From: Zygnema circumcarinatum SAG 698-1b
Lineage: Eukaryota; Plantae; Zygnematophyceae
Length of the DNA: 64,000 nucleotides
Direction of reading: 5' to 3'
NCBI GenBank assembly: GCA_037447605.1
Contig: CM074804.1
Span: forward strand, 5,743,909-5,807,908
Under the pieces are notes generated by a model, which worked only from the letters and a program-made list of their open reading frames with translations, made no database searches and was not told where the DNA came from. Positions 37,701 to 50,210 of the stretch are shown piece after piece (position 1 is the stretch's first letter; each line of letters starts with the position of its first letter). The translations under genes and the position numbers were made by a program.

Positions 37701-39059
37701 TGCCCACATGTGGCAGAACTTAATGACTTTTGACTAATTACTAATAATGACTAATGGGTCTGTTCGTCGAGAAGCTCATTTGATGCATGTGTGCGTTATG
37801 AGCCATGGCAGGCGCGTGCTGGTGATGGACTTCGTCAACGGCGTGCAGATCATGCGACTCGGAGACGAAATGAAGAAGCGAGGTATCAGTGCGGATGGCA
37901 GGATCGCCAAAATAGCACAAAGGTAAAGTGTCTTTAAATCGGTGGCGCCTTTCCAGCTCCCTTCGTTCCCCTTTTCTCAAAAAATATTGGCTTGAGTAAG
38001 AGAATTGGCGACGTTACTTCTTTACGTAAGGTGTTTGTGCAGGTACAGCCTCTGCATGTGAGCGAGCACTCTTCACATAATTTCTCTGCAGGTGACTGTG
38101 CAGAAATATTTTGCGCGACTTGGGAGCAGCGTATGGCCAAATGATATTGCGAGATGGGCATTTTCAGGCCGACCCCCACCCCGGAAACATTCTCGTTTGT
38201 GAGGGAGGGAAGGTGAACACAATGCATTCTCTTGTCGGACACTCATTGTCGTTTTCACGGCTTGTTGGAGGGCGAGGGGGTCCGCAGACAATGAGTAGTT
38301 CGGCCCGCACTTGAGAGCAAACGGCCATGGTTTTGGTTGAAGGAGGGATTGTGACAGCTGCTTGCCTGCTGTCCTGCCAGGTGGCCCTACTGGACTACGG
38401 GCAGACAAAGAAACTTTCCCCAAAAATGAGACTCACCTTCGCAGAGCTGATCATTGCCATTGCGGACGACAACACAAAGGAAGTTGGCCGACTCTTTGGG
38501 TGCGCACTTGCTTCCCCCTAAATCTAGCGTTTTTCTATTCATAACGTATCCTACTATCCTATCCTATCATATCCTATCCTATCCTATCTTATCCTAAAGA
38601 AAGATACGAACGAAGGTGGTTTTCTTTGTCTGGGAATCCACGGTCACAGAGAAATAGGCATTGAGACAGAAAAGAACGTGCAGCAGGCGCCTGCCAGCTT
38701 CCGCAGAATGGGCATCCTCATGTTTGATACCAAGACTGTGGGCAACATCACATCCAGTAATCCTTTTGCGGCCGAGTCTTCTCTCAAGGATAACGGCGTC
38801 AAGGTGCGTCTCGTTCCCTCTGCGCCTGCTTCCGAAGTGTCTTACAGTGGGACTTCAAACCTTAATCTTTACTGTAAGAGTCCCCTTGTCCCCCCCCCCC
38901 CCCTTGATACGGCTGCAGACGTTCCCAAAGGACCTCGTCTTTGTACTGCGCACCACGCAGCTTTTGCGGGGGCTCACAACGGGTATGGGGGTCAACTTCT
39001 CCGTCGCGGAGCAGTGGCGGCCAATGGCAGAGGCGGCCCTTGCGGCGGCAAAGCGGTGA
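34798..39059 (+). CDS. ABC1/UbiB atypical protein kinase (At5g50330/At4g24810-like)
   Basis: Spliced motifs: ERSARFWTRSVGIYASYK, MCVDLGGFFLKAGQFLAKPDL, PIGSASIAQVHRG, VAVKVQH, EFDFRLEA, VLVMDFVNG, FQADPHPGNIL, ALLDYGQ, FPKDLVFVLRTTQLLRGL...EQWRPMAEAAL. Stop at 39057-39059. Confidence 0.93.
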
Positions 39060-41017
39060 CAGGGGGGGGGCGTGCTGCCAGTCTTCCGGAACATTTTCCC
39101 TCGAGCGGAGGGGAGGATGGCGCGTTGACCTCCATGAAACGATCAAAGGGGGGTCAACAAGGCTGATGATCTCTGCCATTGCAGCTTATGCGGACAGAAG
39201 TGTTCAACCGGTTGGAGAATGTAAGTACGCTCGAACGCAATCGCTTGGAGGGGAGGTTTGATAATGACCGACGAGACCGGGCAGCAGCAGATGTCTGAGT
39301 GCCTCCCAAAATCTGTATGTAGTAGGAATTCCTTCAAGTAGGTACTATTATTCAACTGTATTCTCATTGTTTTGAAGAATCCGTTCACACGCCGATGTAT
39401 CGGCTTTGTTTGTGACTTTTTGCACTTCTTGTAAAGAGACTTCAAAAGTATACTTCGCAGGGCCTTTTGACCAGGTTTGTTTTTACTTGTTTTTTTTTAC
39501 AAACAATTTGGGCTCTATTTCGTTCATTGCTAGAATGGGCATAGATTTTGACGTCCTTTAGAAGGTCATCAAAGTGCTGTACTGGCGAAATTGTTGACAC
39601 TTCGACGAGGTGTTCATGGATGAGTTAAACGACAAACAAATGTCACACGTGACTGCTTCTTGAGATTCACCGGCTGTCGCATCACGGCTGCATCCACTTT
39701 TAATAAACCCACAAGCAACAACAACCATGAACAACATTTACGGATCTGGGACTGCAGCGACCAATTCAATGCCAGATGCAGCTCCCTGACATGTAAACAT
39801 CCTACGAGACACTACTGAATTCGCACCATCAGGCAGCAACTACCTTGCATTCCGAGGGTCATCGGATTGTAAGTGAGGGGCACAAAGCAGCTTGCCTCAG
39901 CTCACATCTCCCACAGGGAAAGGTCGACAAAGATCATCAGGGTCCTCCTGGAGGAGAAAACCACCGCCTCGTGAACCAGGTGGAAGAAAGTACATCGATC
40001 AACACCGCAACCTCGTACATGGGAAAAAGACGGGAAAGTAGATGATCTAGAGGATTTGGAAAGCAGGCTCCAGTAGAGATTAGTTGAGGAAATGTAGGCA
40101 TAAGAAAGGAGATCCAATAGTGCCAGAATAATTTCAACGGCGGTGAAGGCGGCGGAGGACCGATTGAATAGAGAATGCGAGACACTTCGCATCTGCTTGC
40201 TGTGAGATCGTACAAGCGCACATATATTCCCAAAACAGTCCATAAAAAGATTAATCACCAGGTCCTTACTCCGATTAGCCAAATGGTTGCATTTGGATAT
40301 GGACCGTGAAGAAATAAAACCCAACGGCGGCATAAAAGTCAGAGGCATACAGTGTTAACATCAACCCGCAGGCCTGCATTGTGCGCAGGCCTCCTCGGGC
40401 AGGCCTTAAAAATCAATGAATCTCCATCGGGCCCTTCCACTCGAAATAGGCAACAAACTTTACAACATCGGAGATGACCCTGCAAGCTGAAGACTTTGAC
40501 ATATGGAAGTGATCTCGCAGAGCGGGCAACAGGGGTACAGCTCAGCTAGGGCGACGTACAATATGGTTGCGGAAGGACTAGAAACAACGTTACAGATTGG
40601 AGATTCATTGCCTTGCACAACCAGGCCATTCGAGATTTCATCTTCAAGCTATTTCTTTGTCAAGGAGCGGCAAAAGCATACAATTGTGCTTCAGTGTATT
40701 ATAATTCTCATTACGATATCCTAAGTCTAAACACAGCGCCTCGCCGTCAGCACAACAGACGAAATGAAGAAAAATTGCAGATGCATGCACCAACAATGCT
40801 TCTTATTTGTAGTCAAAGAATGGAAGCAAGCAACAAAAGGTTGCCTGCTTCACAGGATGCATAGTAGGTCTCTACGTTCCAATTCACTAAAGCCGCAGCC
40901 GTTGTACTCCACTAGTTATTGCAAGATCGAGTTTCAGAAATTGGAAGTGTCACGGCATCACTACGAGGCATCACTACTAGTCCTCTCTACTCAACAGAAA
41001 CAGCCATCCGTACATAT

Positions 41018-42178
41018 TCATAAGTACGGGAAGGCGGCCGCCACCAGAGCCGGCAGCAGGACCGCCATTGAGAGGGAGAGGGAGAGGGCCGGCGCGCTGC
41101 TCGGAGGAGAAGCGGCCGGCGGCGGCGAGGAGGCGATGGCGCTCCCGGGAGGAGGCGGCGCGCTCGCAGCAGCGGGGGGGGGAGGGGCGGCGGCGCCCGA
41201 AGGGGCGGGCGCGGGGGCGGGGGCGGGGGTGGGGACGGCAGTGTCAGCAGGCCCGAAAGGGGGGAAGACAGTCGTGAGGGGAGGGATGGCGTAAAGAGGG
41301 GGAGAGGGCGGGAGAGGGGGAGAGGGAGGCGCAGGAGGGGGGATGAGGCTGTTGGGCAGAGGGCCCAGGCTGCCGTTGATGATCACCTGCAGAGGAAGCC
41401 CCACACTCAGCCTCAGCAGTGGCTACAATACCTTGTAGAAAGGCCTAAGGAGGTCGGAAAAACCGCAGCTGGGGAGGAGGAAGGAAATGCTCGCAACGGG
41501 AAGGTGCAGAGGCGGGAAGGTATGGAGAAGACAAAAAAGAGTGGGAGGAGCCGATACAAAAAACTGACAGTTGCCGCTTTTCCACGGCCACTGCCGACAG
41601 AGGGAGGCCCTAAAAGGAGGGTAGAGCGATGCTCGCTGGGAAGGGCAGGCGGAGCGAAGGCCCACCTTCTGGCCCGCCTCGCAATGGCCGAAGATCATGC
41701 AGCCGAGGTACTTGGGCTCCGCCGTGACCTCCAGGAAGAAGCCCTCCCCCACGCCCGCCGTGTCGTTGGCGATGAAGTTCACATTGTTGTAGTCGCAGAT
41801 ATCGAATGCGTGCAAGTCGGGCAGCTGCCCCACCAGGTGGTAGTGCAGCTTGTACTTGAATACTGCTCCCGCCCCGCCCCCGCCCCGCCCTGGCCCGTGT
41901 CAGCACTTGCCCCTCTCTCCCTCCCTCCCTCCCTCTCTCCCCCCCTCCCGCCTGCCAAGGGCGCACAGCCAGCCACACCCCCCCCGGCCCTGACCCGCTA
42001 TGTCGCCCACGTAGAGCGGGTTGTCGATCGTCCACTGCGTGTAGTTCACGCCGATGTGCGTCCACGGCGACTCCGCCGTCGGGTCACCCACGATCACGTA
42101 CCGCGCCTGCACGTCCGCGGCTGCCGCCAGCACCGCCACCACCACTGCCACCGCCAACATGCGCCCCTTCCCGGCCAT
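41018..42178 (-). CDS. Phytocyanin (stellacyanin-type cupredoxin) with Pro/Ala-rich AGP-like linker and probable GPI signal
   Basis: Exons 42178-41995, 41862-41666 and 41386-41018. Signal peptide, VGD..W...NYTQW...VGDIAVFKY...H, C-x4-H-C-x3-GQK ligand loop, AP/SP-rich tail and hydrophobic C-terminus. Confidence 0.88.
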
Positions 42179-44159
42179 CGCTCCTGACCCTCAACCCTAC
42201 ACCTCCGCAGCCCCTCTCACTCTCTCTCTCTCGTTCTCTCTCCCTCTCTCTCTCGCCCTGAGCGATTGTCCTTCCCGCTAGCCTACCCTCCCTCCCTCCC
42301 TCCCTCCGCCGACACGCCCTTTCCCGAAGATGCCCCGCGGCATAAACAGCGCGGGGAATCTCCCCCGCGGGATTCCCCCCCCGCGCTTTGGCGCCAACCC
42401 GCCCGGCCGCCGCCCGGCCGCCATACGGCCCGGCCAGGAACAATGCACCGGAGCGGCACCATTTTGTCGCGTAGCGGCAGCCGCCTCCGGCCGGCCGCGC
42501 CGGACAGTCGATGCGCATCGCCGCCGACAACGCGCGGCGGCGACCGTACGAAAGCGCTGGACGTGGCGCGCCGCGAGTGGTCGACGGGCGGGGTACGGCA
42601 CTGGGCAGGGGGGGGCCGCCTGTCCAGGGGGCCGCAAGCGCCGACTGGATCTGGCGGCCAGGCCAGATTCGCACGCGTGAGTGCCAGCTGGCAGAGTGTG
42701 GTCGGCGCCGCGCGTGCGAGTGTCGTGTCACGTCATCTGAGGCGGCCGCCCTCGCCCTCGCGGTCGCAGTAGCGTCCAGTCGCCGTTCCCGTCACAGTTC
42801 ATCAGTGTTGTTCTCGCCGCCACGCGTCAGTTCGTGGCAGAACTCGCCGCTGCCTCCGTCCGTACTCACATGCCGCGAGCAGGTGACGTCAGCAGGGGAC
42901 CGTGCAATGTCCGTTCCGTTGGCCACCGTGACGTCACCGGCAGCCGCGTGCGTGCGGGAGAGGGAGAGGGAGAGGGAGAGGGAGAGGGAGCGGGAGCGGG
43001 AGCGGGAGCGGGAGAGGGAGAGAGGAGAGAGGAGAGAGGAGGGAGGGCGGGGGAGGAAAAGACAGACATCAGAGGCGCGGACAGACAGAGAGAGCGAGTG
43101 AGGGAGAGAGAGCGAAAATGGGAGGGAGAGAGGACGAGAGCAGCGGCGGATACTAATTGAATACTCTATGTTCAGTTGCTTTAGGAAATTTACGAGCCCT
43201 ATTCGGAAAACCTAGCTTGGACATTCTAGAAACCCTCATGGATTGGAATTAGCTGTCTGGAAAGACTGGGAAGTGGTTATGTGGAAATGCTAGAAGTCGG
43301 TCCTCGCCTGTTGTCGATGCCGCCTTCTCGAGTCCCGCACACAAACTGAGGATGAGGGTTCAAGGTTCAGAATGTACCGTTCAGGAATTTACGTTTCCCC
43401 AGTTCACCGTCTATGTCTGTTTTCAAATCTTGGGCGGGAGTGGGCTCGAGGGCGGGCCCAGGCCTCGGTCGGCGTCTTTGTATGCGAAAGGATCCCAAGG
43501 GCGCCATTCAAAGATATGTTTACTTATTATTTTCGGCTGAAAAAAAAAATAAACTTCTCATACATTCTGCGAAGAAGTCCGCCGGACTCTCCTCCAATGC
43601 AGTTGCGCATGCTTCAATGTTCCTTTTTAGTTTCAATTTCAGTTTCAGTTCCAATTTCAGAAAAGCATTGGAATTGGTTCTAAGATGACCGCGTCGCACG
43701 TACGCCCTTTTTTCGCTGGTCCTCAATCGCGTGTAGAGCTTGGCTTCCTCGCGGTTTCGCATAGCTGCGGAGGGGCGTAGTTCGCAAAATTGTTGCACGG
43801 CGCTGAACCCTTACAGCAACATTCATACCTTAAGGAAAAAACCCGCAAATTGCTTTTTTTTTTAAGGTTTAGCATCGGTCTGTTTCAGGAACAAAAGAAT
43901 TTCCCTCTGAACTTCAATTTCGCATTCTCTGATCCGGATAAACATTATTGTGAAGTGACTTCCACTTCCGCTGATACAAATGTACCAGGGAGAAGAGAGG
44001 GGGGCGGGGGGAGGGGGCGCATTTGTCTCCAGAATCAGTAGCGAGCGAACCATCCTAAATATTGTGAGCTTCTCTGTACAGGCCCGCCTGCGAGTGCTAT
44101 TCTCAATCTCAATCTCAACCTCAATTCAATACAAAGTCTCCGGCCGGTCCGGGGGGGGG

Positions 44160-44194
<35 letters not shown>

Positions 44195-44221
44195 GGCCGC
44201 CCACTGCGGTTAGTGAGTGAG

Positions 44222-47200
44222 TCAGGCGGCGGCGTCCATGTAGTCGAGGAGGAGGTCCCGCACGGTCCCGCGGTCGGGCATGGTCGCCGCCGCGCCGTAG
44301 ATCGGCGCGAGCCCGCCCTTCAGCGCGCCCGGCCCGGCCTCGCGCACCTGCAGCAAGCAACACCCGCAAATGTGTCCTCGGTATATTCTTCTACCTTGCA
44401 GGTGCTCGCATATGTAGAAGCATTCATTCATTCATTCCTTCATTCATTCATTCCTTCCTTCCTTCATTCATTCATTCATTCGGCGCAGCAAGCATGGGGA
44501 GGAAGCTGCACCCACCGTGCACACCGCTGCCTCCAAATCAGCCAAGAACGGCTGCACAGAGTCCACGTGCTGCAACGTCACGCACATGTGCACGCTGCGC
44601 ACACACCGCCTCGCAGCATCAGATCAGATCCTACTCTCTCTCTGCCTCTCTCTCTGCAGTGATCTTACCGTGTCAGCCACTTCCACTGCTCACCGATTCA
44701 GGAGAACTTGTAGCTGACATCCACGGCTTTGTAAAGTCACCACTCACCAGATGGCATTCAGATCGAGTTGATAGATTATCACAGTGACTTAGTCTGAGGC
44801 TTGGTTTGAACTAGCTGACTAATTGCCTGACTGAATAATCTGCTTTCAGCATCCGTGCGGTAGTGCAGGGCGGTGCGTTGTGCACCTGGCGGGCCGCTGG
44901 AGAGCACTCAGACTCCATCCTTTGGAGGCCATCACGTCGTTCACTTTGTAGATGTCGACTTCATTCGACCCGAACGCCACCACCGTCATGTGCGGCTTCC
45001 CAAGCACGTACAGGCCGTCAATTTTCTCGATTCTGAACGACCAAACCAACCATCTTGTAAGGTGGAGAAAACAAGGCGAAAGAGTCGTCTTGATCTGCCA
45101 TCACCTGTTTTACATGAAACAGCGAAATCCTCTTCCTCTCCAAGCAAGTGGTTCTTAGAACGCTATTCAAATATCCCGCAAAAGCTACAAAACGTTGCGT
45201 ATAGGCCCTAAATGATCCAAAGCAGACAGCAGCCATCATCTCATGAGGAAGTAGCGCCGACAACCGTACCCCTCGATGATCGCCTTGGCTGCTCCCATTA
45301 TGGCTCGCGTAATTTCCAAAAAGCCTAGAAGAAGAGAAGCACCGCCATAAAAAGGTCTCACATTGTAACTGTGTCCTTGCAACACCCAACGGCCACTCTT
45401 TCTTCCCTTCCATGAAGCACAGACAGCTCCACGCTCTCAGTTAGACCCAACAGCATGGAACATGGGAGCGCGGTCCGTACCGTCCTCCCCCGTGGACACA
45501 AGAGCCGCCCACGCGGCGGCGATGAGGCCTCCGGGGCGACTGCCCGCCGCAGAGGGCGACACGTAGAGGCCGCCGGACCACTCCGTCACTGCCACGTGGC
45601 AGCAAAACAGGGCACCAAATCAACACGCGGACGCGCGTGAGGAGTGCTCATGCATGGACAGCAGGACCGACTGAACTAGTTTTGGAGGGAACAGGATTTC
45701 AGACACAGATAGGATGGTTTATCAATTGAGACAAGATTGTCCCCCATAGAGTGAAGCCTGAAGTGCGCACGACGCGAAGAGGTAGGACTCATACCAGCAA
45801 CAAATTGGTGCTGAGAGTCGCAGCAATGCCGCGGAAGTTTCAAGAAGCCAATAAGCGCATCAAACAGCACAGAAAACCAATCAGTGTTCTCCTCTGACCC
45901 CCCACAAGTCATCGCCATGCTGCAACTCACGGCTAGCCATGCATGTCTCAATCATTTGTGAAGAATTTCCAACACTTCTATCTCCCAGCCACGTACTCTC
46001 ACGCTTCTCTCTCTAAGGACTTGGCCATGAGTTGCGTACCCGCCGGAGCTCGTGGTTTCGGTAAAGGACAACGCTGCTGCCTTTGGGCCCCAAACCGTAC
46101 TTGTGGGTGTCCACCGATATGGAAGTAACTCCGGGGACTTCGAAATCAAAGGGAGGAATGGAATACCTGAAGTTTTAGGCTCCATAAAAACCATTCATTT
46201 AAGGGAAGCCGGCACCGCTATGCATATGCATGCGCAAGGAACAGTTGACAGAAACTGCAGCACGGAATTGACAACTTCAGTTGCACATACCCCAACAGTC
46301 GTGCAAACGGCAGAACAAATCCTCCAAGGCACAGGTCCACGTGGAAGCAGATGCCCTTTTTCAGCGCTAACGCTCCCAGCTCCTGCTCCCAGCAAACAAA
46401 CTCAAGCCAAAGTTATTCGTAATTTCCGGCCTTTAGAGTTCAACAATACTCGGAGAATAAAGTTCTGTGAGAACAAAGACCACAAAGTAGCATGGCTAAG
46501 CAAGTTCGCTTTACCTCAATTGGATCAATAACTCCATGCGGATACCCCGGAGCCGATCCCACAATCTACACAGCAGCGCAAAACAACAGATACCGATGGT
46601 GATTTTTTCCAGGCTCTCACAAAAACATCAACTTGTCATTATGACCACGCTCTCAAGTGCATGTACCGATGATGCCTCCCATGCCCCTGTGTTATGCTCA
46701 AGGCTTCCTACCAAAAACAAGGGAAAACGGGCTAATAGAGTAACAGCAAAAACAGAGTAAGTCCGATTCTAAAGATCAGACTTCCATCACTCCTCCGTAC
46801 GAACCATAATGGTGTTCCGGTTGACGAGTCTCCCCATGGCCTGGACATCTGCGCGGTAGTCACTCCCCACCCTTGCTCGCCTCAACCGCACTCCAAAGTA
46901 CTCCGCCGCCTTGTCGTACGCCGAGTGCGCAGACTCCGCGATGACCCTAACACAGACCCAAAACAACCACGCTCCGAGGTCAGCACATTCATGCCTCCTC
47001 CCCTCCCCCCCATGCCATGCCATGCGGACCCATCCCATAGCCCCATCCCCCCCCAGAGGCCAAAGGGGGGGGGGTGGGCGGCCCTCACATTTCGGGGTTC
47101 ACAATTCCGCGCGCGGCGCGCAGGCAGTCCCTCGCGGCCTTGACCGCCATGAGGATGCTCTCGGACCCGCCGCTGGTCATGGAGCCGCAGACCTGCCCGC

Positions 47201-49226
47201 CCGCCGCCTTGGACTGTGCGCCCAGCAGGGAGCCGGTTATGGCCACCACCTCGGACTCGAACTGCACAACGCTTGGAAATAAGCCGGGATGGATGGGGTT
47301 TGTGTGCGAAAACCTACGAAAGCGAAAGGAAATTGAAAAAAAGCGCAGGGAGGGGGGGGGGGGAGATTAGTTTCTCGCAGGAGATGGCTGTTCCGGGTAC
47401 TTGAACACAAACCAGGCATGAAATCAGGGTCATCAAGGTACATGCTGGATTGTCACATATAGACGAAAATTGGTAACCGTGTAAAATGAATACAGTGAAG
47501 TCAAATCACGCCGAAAGGGCCACGCTCGCTGCTTCCAAACGAGATTGAATGTTGTCGAGCACTGAATAGGACCTTACACAATATCGGGTATCGCAAGAGG
47601 AAACCACTTACAGCCGGTACGCGGTAGTCACTCTCTCCACATGTTGCTCAAAATCTCTCCCACCCATGTACCTGCACACCCCTCTCCCTCAGCTACTTGT
47701 TCCAGCAGCATCCATAGACGACCGCTCCACCCTCACTCTTAGCTCGCATCACATCAATTCATAGAGGCTATCTCCCCATCTAAACCAAGCAGATTCTAGA
47801 TGAGAAAAGGCAGGAACGAATTTGTAAATGCAACCTCTCACTGACAGTAGCTTACACAGTGCCGGAACATTTTCCCTGCCACTGCTTGTCCTTCGCATGG
47901 ATGTCCTTGAGAAGGCCAAGCACGCCGTCCTTGAGACCGACTTTTGGAAGGTGGCTTAGTCGCTCAGACTGTGGGCGGCCCACAGAAGCTCTGAGTTGAT
48001 CGATTGTCTGAACCAAGCAGTTATAAAAGGAGCGAGCAGCTTTCAGTGGATTATTGATGGGCGGCATCCCGATGTTTGAATCTAATGCTCGAAATCTCTG
48101 GTTCAATTAACCAGCGGCAAAGAAAATACCTCCTTCACATTGTTCTGTATTGTGAACTCCATAGCAGAAAAAAAGACGCATAATGGGATAAAGGTAAAAA
48201 GCTTGCTTCTAAATATTAGGACAGAATGTATCACGACGACCACGATAAAGTCACCGTAGACGAAATAGGAATTGACAAACCTCAAGAAAAATGGTAAATT
48301 GACCAATGACTGACATGTATCTCTTCAACCATGACATCGCCCTGTTCCAAGTTTCTAGTGTGATCCACTTTCACACTGCCCCAAAAAAAATCGCCAGAAG
48401 TATTGACTCTACCTTTTTTTTTTCCTTTTGAATATAAGAATCGACTCGAGGAAGAAACCTGCGCATGATGCGACAGCGTTCGTTCAGGCGAGTCTACGCT
48501 ACCGTATTAATATGAACAACACATTTCAGTTATTTATGACCCAAAAAGGAAAGAAAGGCTGCTTGCAATCCTCAAATAAACATTTTTCACACGAGGGTCA
48601 CACAATCATTGCATTCCTAATCATCTTTTTCCGTTCATTTTCAGCGCTAAATGTAGTCGGAATGCAAGATAACGTTAAGGGTAATCGAATTACTTTAATA
48701 ATTTGAAAAGGAGGGCGGAAATTAATCCCTTCAAACCTGCAATAATGAGAATGAAACGAATTCATACTCAATTAGAGCACAAAAAACTGGCGCAGTAATT
48801 GCGTCAAGGAATAAACTACAGAAAAAACAGCCTATGCTTGATTTATTGATGGAACCTTGCCATAAAAACTGTTCGGTATAGCTGTTTAACCCAAAAATTG
48901 AGTCTCAGATTAAAAGAAATAAAAAGAAGTAATATAAAACAAAGAATTTTTTTTTTGTAATGCCAGGCATTGTCCTGCACGCAGCGGCGACAGCGACATG
49001 TGAATGACGCAAGGCGGCAGCGGCAGCACTTGCCGTGCTTCTCCACGCTGGCCGCGGCGTCCCCCGCGAGGCGCAGGAGGCTCGCGAGCAGCAGCGCGGC
49101 GAGGGCGGAGGCGAGCGCGAGCTGCAGCGGCTCCAGCGCGGCGAGCTGCGCGTTAGCGGCGCCGCGAGCGGCCTGCAGCCGGTGCAGGCCCTCGCGCGCC
49201 CACTCCCCGGACGCCAGCGCCGCCAT
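44222..49226 (-). CDS. DPL1: Sphingosine-1-phosphate (long-chain base phosphate) lyase
   Basis: Spliced motifs: [100 protein letters not shown] (PLP lysine), W.GGLY.SP..AGSRPG, last exon [25 protein letters not shown]. Start at 49226 (or 49232). Confidence 0.95.
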
Positions 49227-49509
49227 GGACAACCCTCCGCCTGCCCTGCCCTGCCCTGCCCGGCAATGCCTCGCCCCTGCTCCTGCTCCTGCTCCTGCCT
49301 GCGCTTCTCCCTCCCTCCCTCTTCAGCATCCGCCCGCCCGGCCGGCCGCCCGCCCGCCCAGTCAGTCGGTCGGTCCGCCATCGTCACGCGCTCGCTCGAA
49401 AGCGAAGGGCCGCAATGCGTCACGTCACATACCGTCATGGTACAGTACGTCAGCGAAGCGCTGTCCGTACAAAGGAAGGCCCTGCGAAGGTGCGCACACC
49501 GCCGAAGGA

Positions 49510-49613
49510 GCCACGTGGCAGGACGGCGCCATGTGACAGGATGGTGCCACGTAGGCAGGACGGCGCCATGTGGCAGGACGGTGCCACGTGGCAGGACTGT
49601 GCCACATGGCAGG
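49510..49613. promoter_or_regulatory. Tandem 18-bp repeat (~6 units) built on the palindromic G-box GCCACGTGGC, ~290 bp upstream of DPL1
   Basis: Units at 49510, 49528, 49546, 49565, 49583 and 49601; consensus gccaYgtggcaggacggY. Confidence 0.7.
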
Positions 49614-49662
49614 CTTGCGAATGCGGGGTCATTCGGCCTGATCGCTCGCTCACAGCCGCTGA

Positions 49663-49790
49663 CCTGACTGAGTGACTGACTGAGTGACTGACTGAGTGAC
49701 TGACTGACTGACCGACTGACTGTCTGACTGGCTGGCTGACGGATGGACGGATGGACGGACGGATGGACGGACGGACGGACGGACGGACTG
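49663..49790. repeat. Compound tetranucleotide microsatellite (CTGA/GTGA)n-(CGGA/TGGA)n
   Basis: Directly visible. Confidence 0.9.
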
Positions 49791-50210
49791 CCCTCAACTC
49801 CAACGCCCGCCCGCCCGGCCGCCCACTGCCAGCTTTCGCGCGACCCATACAAAATGAAGCGAAGTTTTGAGTCCGAATATCTTTACATGTGACTTGTGCC
49901 ATGAATGCTTCTCAGCGCCGCGTCTGAGTGCAGGCTGTTGCGTGCTATGGAACGGATCAATAATGATCATGTGTGGAGAAACTACTTTCTGCTATAGGGC
50001 CACCTTCCTTGTGCGCTTTCTGGTACGACCTCCTGTTACGAACAAGTGCCTAAACGTTGACTAAACTTAAGCTGCTATTATTACTCATAACATGAATATA
50101 ACTGCCCAACTCCAGTGCGCGGGAATAGAATTTGACTACTTTACAGACGATCCATCCAGTCCCCTCCTGCAACAAGGACTACGAGACCAGCCCTCAATAG
50201 CCGGCCAACC

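Noticed and set aside
39902-40348. 148-aa minus-strand ORF between the ABC1 kinase and the phytocyanin
   Set aside because: No recognisable motif, splice context or codon bias. It could be decayed transposon sequence, but this is unsupported.
42084-43160. Multiple overlapping ORFs upstream of the phytocyanin gene
   Set aside because: GC-rich promoter sequence with (GA)n/(GGAGCG)n microsatellites, giving low-complexity translations.
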